Positions 7,064 through 15,665 of a DNA stretch of 64,000 nt are shown here, one piece after another. The stretch comes from Bacteroidia bacterium. Its GTDB lineage: Bacteria; Bacteroidota; Bacteroidia; JAIBAJ01. The stretch's first letter is position 1. Each line of letters opens with the position of its first letter. The notes beneath the pieces are model-generated. The model had not been told where the DNA came from. It made no database searches and saw only the letters and a list, made by a program, of their open reading frames with translations. The stretch is taken from NCBI GenBank assembly GCA_019695265.1, contig JAIBAJ010000004.1, positions 402 through 64,401 of the forward strand, in the 5' to 3' direction. The position numbers and the translations under genes were made by a program.

Positions 7064-9808
7064 ATGAAAAAAATCTACTTCTTGTTTTGCCTGCTTTTTT
7101 CATTTCAAATGAGCTTTGCAGGATCAACCGACTTTGTAGCTCAAACAGTAATTGTAAAGGTAAAGCCTTTCTACCGAAAACAATGTAAACCCAATTCGGT
7201 TGAGGTGATGCGGGTGAAAAAAGTGTTATCTGAATTGCAGGTTAATCATACCCAATTACTTTTCCCTCAATTAAAAAACGTCGGTAAAGTTGATTTGAGT
7301 TTAGTTTATGAACTTCATTATCAAAGTGAACTAGATGCTCAAAAAGCTGCTGAATTGCTCATGCAAACCGGTATTTTCGAGTATGCCGAGCCTCGTTATA
7401 CTTCCATTCCTTTATATACCCCTAACGATGCCAATATTGCGAATCAAACTCATCATACCATCATTCATTCCTATGAAGGATGGGATTTGGAACAAGGCGA
7501 TACCAACATTGTAATCGGTATTACCGATACCAGTTTCGATATTCTTCACCCCGATTTGAGTGGTAATATCAAGTACAATTATGCTGACCCTGCCGGAAAT
7601 GGCGACAACGATGGCGATGGCTATACTGATAATTATTCAGGTTGGGATTTGGCCAACAACGATAATACCATGTACGTGAGTGGAAATTACCATGGAACCG
7701 GTGTAGCTACTTTTGCCGGTGCAACTACTAATAATGGAATCGGAGTTGCCGGTACCGGATTTAAATCGAAAGTAATGCTAATTAAAGTGGCTCCGGATGC
7801 TAATCAAAATTCCATTACTCATGGCTATGAAGGTATTGTTTATGCCGTAAATCATGGCTGTAAAGTGGTTAATTGCTCCTGGGGTAATACCACCTATAGC
7901 CAATTTGCTCAAGATGTAATTAACTATGCTACCTTCGATTTTGATGCCACCATCATCGCCTCTTCCGGTGATTCGGCGGGTGGAGTTACTAAATATTATC
8001 CTGCATCCTATGCTCATGTAATAAGTGTGGGTGGTACCGATAACAACGATTGTAATTTTTACCAAAACAACCATGCAGTTGATATCGTTGCTCCTTCGCT
8101 TAGCCTTTATGGAACCGCTTCAGTTGCGCCCGGTAATCCGGTTTATACCTCCAGCGGTGGAAACGGAACCTCTTTTTCTGCACCATTGGTTTCAGGTGCA
8201 GTAGCCTTGGTTCGTGCCCATTTCCCTGCCATGAATGCTCTTCAAGCCGCAGAACAAGTCATCGTGCATGCCGATAATATTTATGGATTAAGTTGCAACT
8301 CTGCTCTTACCGATCGCTTGGGGGTTGGTCGATTGAATATTTACCAAGCTCTCTTGGGTATGAATGAACCCTCGGTTCGTATGACAGATTTTCTTTTAGA
8401 TGCCTCTAATAACCAGGTTGCCATCGCAGGCCAATCCACTTCAATGGTTTGCGGGTTCACCAATTACCTGGCCAATGCTACCAATGTGGTGGTTACCTTA
8501 TCTACAACTGCCAGTTATATTTCTATTACACAAGGTGTTGCAGCTTTAGGCGATTTAAATACCTTACAAGCAACCACAAACGCGGCTACTCCGTTTTTGT
8601 TTACAGTCGCTGCCAACACTCCGCTCAACCAAAAAGTAGAATTTAAGCTCAGTTTTGTTGGCGATAATGGTTATACTGCTTACCAGTATTTTGAAGTAGA
8701 TGTAAACCGCGACTACATGAACATAGAAGTCAATAATTTGGCTACAACTGTTTGTACTCGCGGTAAAATTGGTTACAACACCCCTTATCAGCAAAGTGGT
8801 TTAGGAATTGCCTATAAGCCTTTGAACGATTCTTCTCAGGTATTTTTGAGCACATTTATGATTGGCAGTGCTGCCGGCAATGTTTCCGATATGGGTTATA
8901 GTGCAACTCCACCTGCTCCTGAATTTGATTTTCAGCCTGTTTCAAGAATAGTACGCACTACTACCAATGCCAGTGATTTTGATACTGAGGCCACCTTCAA
9001 CGACAATGGCGCAGGTGGAAATGCCTTGGGTGTTCAGGTGAAACAAATTAACCACGCCTGGGTAAGTGATCCCAACAAAGATTTTGTAATATGGGAATAC
9101 CATATCAAAAACAATAGTGCAAATACCCTCAACGATGTTTATGCCGGAATTTTTGCCGACTGGGAAGTTATGGGAACCAACAACAAAGCCGATTTCGATA
9201 TCAATCGCCAGTTGGCTTATGCTTATAATCCATCAACCCCGGATGTGTATATGGGTATAAAATTGCTGGAGCCTTCAGCCGGTAATTGCTACAATATTGA
9301 CGCCATTGCGGGCGGTAGCGGAGGCGTGGATATTTCTGATGGTTTTACCGGTGCAGAAAAGTACACCTCGCTTTCTACTTCCAGAAACCAGGCAGGCGGA
9401 ACTTCAGGAAATGATATTGCCCAGGTAATGAGCGCAGGTCCATTCGACTTAGCTCCCGGCGATTCGGTTAAAGTTTCCTTTGCTATTCTGGGCTCTTTAG
9501 ATTTGAATTCCTTACAGGTATCGGCCGATCAGGCTCAAACTGCCTACAATGGTATCGGTGTTTCAGCTCCTGTTTCCAAATATTCCAATAGCCTGAAATT
9601 GTTTCCAAATCCTGCTCATCAGTATGTAAATGTGTATGGCGATTTATCCGGAAAGGATATTCAGATTTTAGATGCCCTTGGCCGTACTCAGCACCTTGAT
9701 AAAACTACCATTGGCCCTCAGTTGGTTAAACTTTCTATTGCCGGCTTAACTCCCGGAGTTTATGTAGTTAAAGTCGGAAATGAAGTTCGCCGTTTAATAG
9801 TAGAATAA
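7064..9808 (+). CDS. S8 (subtilisin-family) serine peptidase with a T9SS type A CTD
   Basis: Catalytic blocks GITDTSFD (Asp), HGTGVATFAG (His) and GTSFSAPLVSGAVALV (Ser). Signal peptide MKKIYFLFCLLFSFQMSFA begins at the ATG at 7064. The C-terminus LKLFPNPAHQYVNV...GVYVVKV is a CTD. Confidence 0.85.
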   Translation: MKKIYFLFCLLFSFQMSFAGSTDFVAQTVIVKVKPFYRKQCKPNSVEVMRVKKVLSELQVNHTQLLFPQLKNVGKVDLSLVYELHYQSELDAQKAAELLMQTGIFEYAEPRYTSIPLYTPNDANIANQTHHTIIHSYEGWDLEQGDTNIVIGITDTSFDILHPDLSGNIKYNYADPAGNGDNDGDGYTDNYSGWDLANNDNTMYVSGNYHGTGVATFAGATTNNGIGVAGTGFKSKVMLIKVAPDANQNSITHGYEGIVYAVNHGCKVVNCSWGNTTYSQFAQDVINYATFDFDATIIASSGDSAGGVTKYYPASYAHVISVGGTDNNDCNFYQNNHAVDIVAPSLSLYGTASVAPGNPVYTSSGGNGTSFSAPLVSGAVALVRAHFPAMNALQAAEQVIVHADNIYGLSCNSALTDRLGVGRLNIYQALLGMNEPSVRMTDFLLDASNNQVAIAGQSTSMVCGFTNYLANATNVVVTLSTTASYISITQGVAALGDLNTLQATTNAATPFLFTVAANTPLNQKVEFKLSFVGDNGYTAYQYFEVDVNRDYMNIEVNNLATTVCTRGKIGYNTPYQQSGLGIAYKPLNDSSQVFLSTFMIGSAAGNVSDMGYSATPPAPEFDFQPVSRIVRTTTNASDFDTEATFNDNGAGGNALGVQVKQINHAWVSDPNKDFVIWEYHIKNNSANTLNDVYAGIFADWEVMGTNNKADFDINRQLAYAYNPSTPDVYMGIKLLEPSAGNCYNIDAIAGGSGGVDISDGFTGAEKYTSLSTSRNQAGGTSGNDIAQVMSAGPFDLAPGDSVKVSFAILGSLDLNSLQVSADQAQTAYNGIGVSAPVSKYSNSLKLFPNPAHQYVNVYGDLSGKDIQILDALGRTQHLDKTTIGPQLVKLSIAGLTPGVYVVKVGNEVRRLIVE

Positions 9809-9859
9809 GGGTTTAACACAGGTTTTAAGAGAAATTTCAGTCTCTTTTATATTATTTAT

Positions 9860-10013
9860 GCGGGCCGCTTTCGCCATCGGAGTGATTATTAGACTCAAAC
9901 AGTTTCAATAGGCGAAATCGCCGGGCTATCCACTTCAAGTCCTCGTCGCCGAAGGCCCCGAAAGTGTTCGGGACCTTCGGCTCCTGTGGGCTTTCCGTTA
10001 CTATCCCTGCCCG
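9860..10013 (+). repeat. GC-rich structured intergenic element, copy I-1 (type I)
   Basis: Conserved blocks GCGGGCC...GGGCTATCC...TCCTCGTCGCC...CTCCTGTGGGC...CTATCCCTGCCCG. Lies 3' of the S8 gene on the same strand. The core may extend about 15 nt further 3'. Confidence 0.9.
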
Positions 10014-10147
10014 AAGGGCCTGTGCATCCTAGAAGCTTGGTACCTAATCTAAATCAGTCAACTCCTTGTATTTACAAAATTGGTTTTTAAGGCTATGGTA
10101 AACTTCGATTAGTTTACAATCCAAGGACTTTAATTGGAAGTAACTGC

Positions 10148-10155
10148 TATATTTG
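10148..10155 (+). promoter_or_regulatory. -7 box (TATATTTG) abutting the start codon of the TPR-like gene
   Basis: Exact TAnnTTTG. Its final G is 3 nt upstream of the ATG at 10159. Confidence 0.4.
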
Positions 10156-10158
10156 TGC

Positions 10159-11088
10159 ATGCCCTATCTGAAAGCCATTTTGATGTTTTTTGTCCTATTG
10201 CATGGTTTAATACCTGCTAATGCACAAAAGGGGGCGAGCTTATTAGATAAAACTGAACTGGGTTTTCAATTGGTTTATCAAAATAAATTTCGTTCAGCAG
10301 ATAGTTTGTTGCATCAAAATAAAATGCATCATCCACATCATTACCTCAACCATATTTTAGCCGCAAATATTTACTGGTGGAGGATTTTGTATGGTGAAAA
10401 ATCCGATAAACTCGATCAATTATTTACTTCCGAAGTTGACAGCGGAATGGCCTTGTTGGAGAAAATCGGAGTAGATCGTATGAACCATGAGCAATTGTTT
10501 TTGTATCTGAATTTGTATGGATTTCGTTCCAGGATTTATTTTAGGGAAAGATCCTATTTTAAGGCCATACAAACTTTCAGTGGAATTATGGGTTTGCTTA
10601 AAACCACCTTTGGTAAGGAACCTGAATTTGAACGATTTTACTTTACATCCGGCTTGTTTAATTTTTATACCGGTTCAGGAAGAGAGTATTCCAATGTAAT
10701 TAAAGCTGCATTGTTTGCTTTTCCGCCCAGTGATAAAATGAAAGGAATGGAGTACTTATATCGCCTTATTCATTCAAAGGATGTCATTATGAAGAATGAA
10801 AGTCGGTATTTTTTGCTTAAGATAAGTTTGGATCACATGAATAATTTCAAGGAATCGCTTCGGTTGTCTACTATGCTGGCAAAAGAATATCCAACCAATG
10901 CCTTGTATCAATATTATGTATTTAAGAACTTGGTAAAACTCAATCGGATGGAAGAAGCCAGAAAGGAATTGGCACATCTGGATTTGATTTTGATGGAGAA
11001 TCCAAGTATTAAGCCTGATTATATTAAATTTTGGAAAGGGAAAGCACAGGAAACATTGAAAAGGCATTACGAAGCTAGTGCTGATTAG
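10159..11088 (+). CDS. Secreted all-helical (TPR-like) hypothetical protein
   Basis: Signal peptide MPYLKAILMFFVLLHGLIPANAQ. The sequence is helix-rich. I chose the ATG at 10159 over the TTG at 10153. Confidence 0.55.
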   Translation: MPYLKAILMFFVLLHGLIPANAQKGASLLDKTELGFQLVYQNKFRSADSLLHQNKMHHPHHYLNHILAANIYWWRILYGEKSDKLDQLFTSEVDSGMALLEKIGVDRMNHEQLFLYLNLYGFRSRIYFRERSYFKAIQTFSGIMGLLKTTFGKEPEFERFYFTSGLFNFYTGSGREYSNVIKAALFAFPPSDKMKGMEYLYRLIHSKDVIMKNESRYFLLKISLDHMNNFKESLRLSTMLAKEYPTNALYQYYVFKNLVKLNRMEEARKELAHLDLILMENPSIKPDYIKFWKGKAQETLKRHYEASAD

Positions 11089-11332
11089 TAACAAGTTCGT
11101 TTTGGGATTAACATGGTTTCTTTAAGTGTCTCTAAAGAACCATTTTTCATTTTCATAATTTGGAAAGTATTATAGCCAAACACATTGGGAAAATTGGTCA
11201 TTGCAAAGTTGTAGGAAGTGGCAGAAATAAAAGATGTTCCAGGTAGGAATGATGTAAATTGCAGGGTAGTATTCGATTTGGAAGTTGAAATACGGAAGGT
11301 GGATTGTAGCACATCACTTGGGACGGAGCACC

Positions 11333-11479
11333 CGGGCAACGATAGAGCGTGATACCCCACAGGACTGTGCAGCGGTAGCGGAGCAGGCCGAGGAGTATTA
11401 GCGATAGCGTGACCCGAACGCACCTTATCAATAGTTGGGGGTAAGCAACTAGCTTTGGAGGTGCGGAAGGGGGCCCGCC
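11333..11479 (-). repeat. GC-rich structured intergenic element, copy II-1 (type II)
   Basis: The plus strand reads CGGGCAACGATAGAGCG...CCCCACAGGAC...CCGAGGAGTA...GCGATAGCGTGACCCGAACGC...GGGGGCCCGCC, the reverse complement of the element consensus. Lies 3' of fumC on the same (minus) strand. Confidence 0.9.
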
Positions 11480-11556
11480 AACTTTAGAAAAATAGGAATA
11501 AAAAAGCCGGATTTATTCTTAGTTAAACCCGGCTTTGGAAGGAAAATGGTCTCCTA

Positions 11557-12951
11557 TTATTTTGGGCCGATCATATCTTCAGGTCTTACCCATTGGGTGA
11601 ATTGCTCGTCGGTGAGCAAACCCAAGTCGATGGCAGCCTGGCGAAGAGTTTTGTTTTGTTTATGCGCTGTTTTGGCAATTTTAGCGGCATTTTCGTATCC
11701 AATATGCGGGTTAAGAGCCGTAACCAACATCAGAGAATTTTCCAAGTGTTTCTTAATAACTTCGTTATTTGCCTCAATTCCAACGGCACATTTATCATTG
11801 AATGAAACGCATGCATCGCCTATCAAACGGGCGCTTTGCAGTACATTGGCGGCGATGAGAGGTTTGAAAACGTTTAGTTCAAAATGACCTGTGGCGCCAC
11901 CTATAGAAACGGCTACATCATTTCCCATTACCTGGGCACAAACCATGGTCATGGCTTCGGGCTGTGTAGGATTTACTTTTCCGGGCATGATAGAGGATCC
12001 AGGCTCGTTGTCGGGGATAATAATTTCACCGATTCCGCTGCGTGGGCCTGAGCTTAACATACGGATATCGTTGGCGATTTTCATGAGGGAAACGGCAACT
12101 CTTTTCAATGCTCCGCTCAGTTCTACCATGGCATCGTGGGCGGCCAGGGCTTCGAATTTATTTGGGGCAGTAATGAACGGAAGGCCGGTGAATTCAGCGA
12201 TTTTTTGGGCAACCAAAACATCGTAACCTTTGGGGGCGTTTAGTCCGGTACCTACGGCGGTTCCACCTAGGGCCAGTTCACGAACAGCTTCCAGGGCGTT
12301 TTTAAGAGCACGTATACCATTGTTGATTTGTTGTACATATCCTGAAAACTCTTGTCCAAGGGTAAGAGGAGTTGCATCCATAAAATGGGTACGTCCAACT
12401 TTTACAATAGGTGCAAAGGCTTTAGCTTTGGCATCGAGGGTGTCGCGCAACAATTCCAAGCCCGGAATAGTAATCTCTACTACTTGTTTGTATGCTGCAA
12501 TATGCATAGCAGTAGGGTAGGTATCGTTGGAGCTTTGGGCTTTGTTTACATCATCGTTGGGGTGAAGTACTTTTTTATCGTCTAGTAAATTGCCACCTTG
12601 TACCACGTGGCCGCGGTTGGCGATTACTTCGTTGACATTCATATTGCTTTGTGTACCCGATCCGGTTTGCCAGATTACCAAAGGAAATTCGCCATCGAGG
12701 CTTCCGGTAAGGATTTCGTCGCAGACTTTAGAGATGAGGTCTCTTTTTTCGGCAGGGAGAATTCCAAGTTCGGTGTTTGCGTGGGCGGCCGCTTTTTTAA
12801 GGTAAGCAAAGGCGTAAATTACTTCCTTTGGCATGGAAGCTTCCGGACCAATTTTGAAGTTGTTTCGGCTACGTTCGGTTTGGGCTCCCCAGTATTTTTC
12901 GGCGGGTACTTTTACCTCGCCCATGGTATCGTGTTCGATTCTGAAACTCAT
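11557..12951 (-). CDS. fumC: Class II fumarate hydratase
   Basis: N-terminus [28 protein letters not shown] and signature [13 protein letters not shown]. 464 aa. Confidence 0.95.
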   Translation of the reverse strand: MSFRIEHDTMGEVKVPAEKYWGAQTERSRNNFKIGPEASMPKEVIYAFAYLKKAAAHANTELGILPAEKRDLISKVCDEILTGSLDGEFPLVIWQTGSGTQSNMNVNEVIANRGHVVQGGNLLDDKKVLHPNDDVNKAQSSNDTYPTAMHIAAYKQVVEITIPGLELLRDTLDAKAKAFAPIVKVGRTHFMDATPLTLGQEFSGYVQQINNGIRALKNALEAVRELALGGTAVGTGLNAPKGYDVLVAQKIAEFTGLPFITAPNKFEALAAHDAMVELSGALKRVAVSLMKIANDIRMLSSGPRSGIGEIIIPDNEPGSSIMPGKVNPTQPEAMTMVCAQVMGNDVAVSIGGATGHFELNVFKPLIAANVLQSARLIGDACVSFNDKCAVGIEANNEVIKKHLENSLMLVTALNPHIGYENAAKIAKTAHKQNKTLRQAAIDLGLLTDEQFTQWVRPEDMIGPK

Positions 12952-12967
12952 TGATGAAAATTTTGCT

Positions 12968-12975
12968 CCAAAGGT
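12968..12975 (-). promoter_or_regulatory. -7 box (TACCTTTG) for fumC
   Basis: Exact TAnnTTTG on the minus strand, 17 nt upstream of the ATG at 12951. Confidence 0.5.
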
Positions 12976-13068
12976 AGGAGCAATAAATGAATTTCAAAAC
13001 CTAGTTTAGGGAGATTTGGAAGGAAATTGGGTGATTTTTATCAAGGAAAGTCAATGAAATCTTGATTC

Positions 13069-14319
13069 TTATCTTTTCACAGTATTCACTTTTCCCCAAT
13101 CCATACCCGGGTCTGTTTTTACCTGGCCTTCGAAAGGTTTATCCGGATTGTATTGCACGTTTTCAGGAATAGCGGCTGCGTTTTTGGTTTCGATTTGAGA
13201 AACTGAGAAAAGCTGTTCAACTTTAAAATTGGCTTCTTCATTGGCGTCGAAGAGGTGCTTTTTGGTTAGTTTGGCAGCTCCATCTACATGAAAATAATCG
13301 GGATACCACCGATCATTAATTTCCCTAAAAGAGTATTTTTTTCGGTAATGAGGGTTTTCAACTTCGTAACCAAGGGCAAATAGGATGGGTTTAGCGGTTA
13401 ACGGAATTACGATGGAGGAATAGTAATCAATACTAACAATGGCGTAGGAATTGTTTTCGAGATAAATGCTGCCTTTTTGTTTTTCATGCTCCACTGTTCG
13501 TTTGGCTACAAAGTTTATAACCATAACCTCTTTGCCCTGAAAGGTGGTGGATGGGCCGAATTTGTATTCATATTTTTTAAAGTTATGGCTATCCAGAAAC
13601 AATTCGGTTTCACGAATAAAATCCATTTGGAGGATGGTTTCCGGACCGCCGAGTTCAAGCATTTCGGCTAATTCTCTGGTATCTACTTCTTTTCCTTTTT
13701 TAAGGTCTTTTTTTCGTTGTTTAGCGATGCGTTTATCTATTTTTTTTCGGATAAAACGTAGTTCAGTGATTTTCCCTTTTCGAAAAAGTTCTAGTTGGTG
13801 TTGGTTTTTAGACTTCGAGGCATAATTAGGATAATAGCTTTTAAAAACAGCTTCGGCATTATCGATGGGTTCATTGTTTTCCCAGATTTTCTCGTGATAA
13901 TAGCCTATGCTTTGAAAAGGTTTATTGGGGTAATTGTTTTTGATATTCCGCATTGCCAGCAAGATGTAATGCGTTGGTGGAAGGGGACGGACAACGACCT
14001 CCTGAAGGTTAACCGATTGAGCTTCGAGACGGATGATAGTACCTGACTTAAATTTGCCTACCTGTATTTTTTGACTCAGGTAACCCAGGTAATTGAATTG
14101 AATAGAATCATTTGCAGAACCTTCGGGCAGAAGGAGTTCAAATTCTCCTTTTTCGTTGGTGGTGGTTCCTATATTTGTTTTTTTAAGGCTAACTGATGCA
14201 AAGGCTAAGGAAGTGTTATTTTTTTTATCAACCACTTTGCCTGAAATTTTTATTTGGCCAATGCCTAGCAGGGGGAGCAGGCAGAGTAAAAATAAATAAG
14301 TATAGGATTTGGTATTCAA
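13069..14319 (-). CDS. Carboxypeptidase-regulatory-like domain protein, secreted
   Basis: ISGKVVDKKNNTSLAFASVSLKKTNIGTTTNEKGEFELLL is a typical CarboxypepD_reg N-domain. Signal peptide present. The only plausible start is the TTG at 14319. Confidence 0.6.
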   Translation of the reverse strand: MNTKSYTYLFLLCLLPLLGIGQIKISGKVVDKKNNTSLAFASVSLKKTNIGTTTNEKGEFELLLPEGSANDSIQFNYLGYLSQKIQVGKFKSGTIIRLEAQSVNLQEVVVRPLPPTHYILLAMRNIKNNYPNKPFQSIGYYHEKIWENNEPIDNAEAVFKSYYPNYASKSKNQHQLELFRKGKITELRFIRKKIDKRIAKQRKKDLKKGKEVDTRELAEMLELGGPETILQMDFIRETELFLDSHNFKKYEYKFGPSTTFQGKEVMVINFVAKRTVEHEKQKGSIYLENNSYAIVSIDYYSSIVIPLTAKPILFALGYEVENPHYRKKYSFREINDRWYPDYFHVDGAAKLTKKHLFDANEEANFKVEQLFSVSQIETKNAAAIPENVQYNPDKPFEGQVKTDPGMDWGKVNTVKR

Positions 14320-14607
14320 GGGTTGTTCGTATGAAAAGTGCTGATTCTACAAATGTTCACTTTTTTTTGGGAATTGCGATTAAAATTGTCATAAGAAATT
14401 TTAAATCTGTCTTTAATAAGTGGTTATAAGGTAGTAGAGCTAATTTTTGATAGCTAACTTTTCTAAAGAGAATCATCCAATTAATTGGTTGATATGATAA
14501 GCTTTTTTGAGGGAACTTAAGAATGAACCACAAAGAAGATTGTATTGATACTTAGGCAAATTAAAAAATATTAAGAAGCAGGAATTTGGAAATATGGAAT
14601 CCACCAT

Positions 14608-14615
14608 TACCTTTG
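14608..14615 (+). promoter_or_regulatory. -7 box (TACCTTTG) for SRP RNA
   Basis: Exact TAnnTTTG ending 5 nt before the predicted RNA 5' end. A TTTG at 14585-14588 sits at about -33. Confidence 0.65.
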
Positions 14616-14619
14616 CGCC

Positions 14620-14716
14620 GGGCAAGTCTTATACGACCAGCTCCTGGTGAACTCCCCCAGGTCAGGAATGAAGCAAGGGTATCCGGTTGTAGCGGTGCGA
14701 TGTAAGTAGCTTGCCC
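14620..14716 (+). ncRNA. ffs: Small (4.5S-type) signal recognition particle RNA
   Basis: Conserved domain IV sequence CCAGGTCAGGAATGAAGCAAGGG (compare CAGGUCnGGAAnGnAGCAG). The terminal helix GGGCAAG/CTTGCCC closes the molecule. A T-run follows at 14717-14722. Confidence 0.85.
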
Positions 14717-14720
14717 TTTT

Positions 14721-15665
14721 TTATTTTATGTTTGGGTCCTTCATTTTCCTTTTACCAAACATATAACCAATTCCTAATTTAGGTTGGAAGTTAATAGTTG
14801 AACCTGTTTCGAAATTAGACGATTTTTCAAGAAAAAATTTTGTATAACCGAATTCTCCACCCAAGTATGTCATAATTCTTGGATGAACGTTAGTCCTGAT
14901 ATATAACATAATGCTTGGTCTAATCATAAATCCATTTTGATCTGTTAATGTATTTAGGTTTGAGAAATAGGCCAATGCTGGAGGTTGAAGTGTTGTATTT
15001 TTCTCTTGGATGTACTTCAGGTTAATACGATATTTAAAGATTCCGGCATCCAATCTAAATCCCAAACAAAAGGATAATACACTGTTTTTAGGAAAGTAAT
15101 TTTGAATGCCAAATCCAAGGTATGCTGAATTTCCCAGAGCATTAAATCCAAGGAGAAAATGATCTAAGTCTCTAAAATGGAGTATGTTTTTGTTTAGATT
15201 GGAGCCTTGAAGAATGGTATTTTTATTTTTAACTGAAATAGAAACTGTGCCAATTAGACTTGATTTACCCGGAATGAAAAAATATTCATACTGAATACAA
15301 AAACGCTTGTAAATAAGTTCACCTAAATCAATACTTAAACTTTGTTTAGGGATAGGAAAGGAGTCGTTTTTACTGGAACTAACAAAAGTTTGGGGTTGAA
15401 TTTTTATCTTTTTAGATGAAAATTTTGGAGGGACGGAATATTGTTTAGAGCGAATTTGCTGCAGGTCAGAGATTGGAAAAATAAAATCCGGTCCATCCGG
15501 TAATTCCTTTTTACGAAATTGGATTTCATTTTTTCGTTTTTCAATTATTTTACCTACCACCCAATTACCGGATTGGAATTGCAGACTGTCTTGGGCAATG
15601 ACATCAAGATTTAAAATAAAGAGAAGCCCTACTACAACAGGTAAGAACAAATTCAAATACTTCAT
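14721..15665 (-). CDS. Hypothetical secreted protein, probable outer-membrane beta-barrel (tandem paralog B)
   Basis: The start MKYLNLFLPVVVGLLFIL at 15665 overlaps the upstream stop as ATGA. It shares the block EIQFRKKELPDGPDFIF with the upstream paralog. The C-terminal half is rich in alternating aromatic/Gly residues. Confidence 0.5.
   Translation of the reverse strand: MKYLNLFLPVVVGLLFILNLDVIAQDSLQFQSGNWVVGKIIEKRKNEIQFRKKELPDGPDFIFPISDLQQIRSKQYSVPPKFSSKKIKIQPQTFVSSSKNDSFPIPKQSLSIDLGELIYKRFCIQYEYFFIPGKSSLIGTVSISVKNKNTILQGSNLNKNILHFRDLDHFLLGFNALGNSAYLGFGIQNYFPKNSVLSFCLGFRLDAGIFKYRINLKYIQEKNTTLQPPALAYFSNLNTLTDQNGFMIRPSIMLYIRTNVHPRIMTYLGGEFGYTKFFLEKSSNFETGSTINFQPKLGIGYMFGKRKMKDPNIK

Noticed and set aside
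9860-10013. The GC-rich elements as simple Rho-independent terminators
   Set aside because: No copy is followed by a T-tract. One locus (46204-46240) has a separate canonical terminator between the gene and the element. Two copies lie upstream of genes rather than downstream.
11546-12954. A chain of plus-strand ORFs (11546..11887, 11891..12226, 12230..12520, 12352..12585, 12590..12805, 12598..12954) antisense to fumC
   Set aside because: fumC on the minus strand is an unmistakable full-length class II fumarase. The antisense frames are low-complexity Ala/Arg/Ser-rich artefacts of a relatively GC-rich, codon-biased gene.
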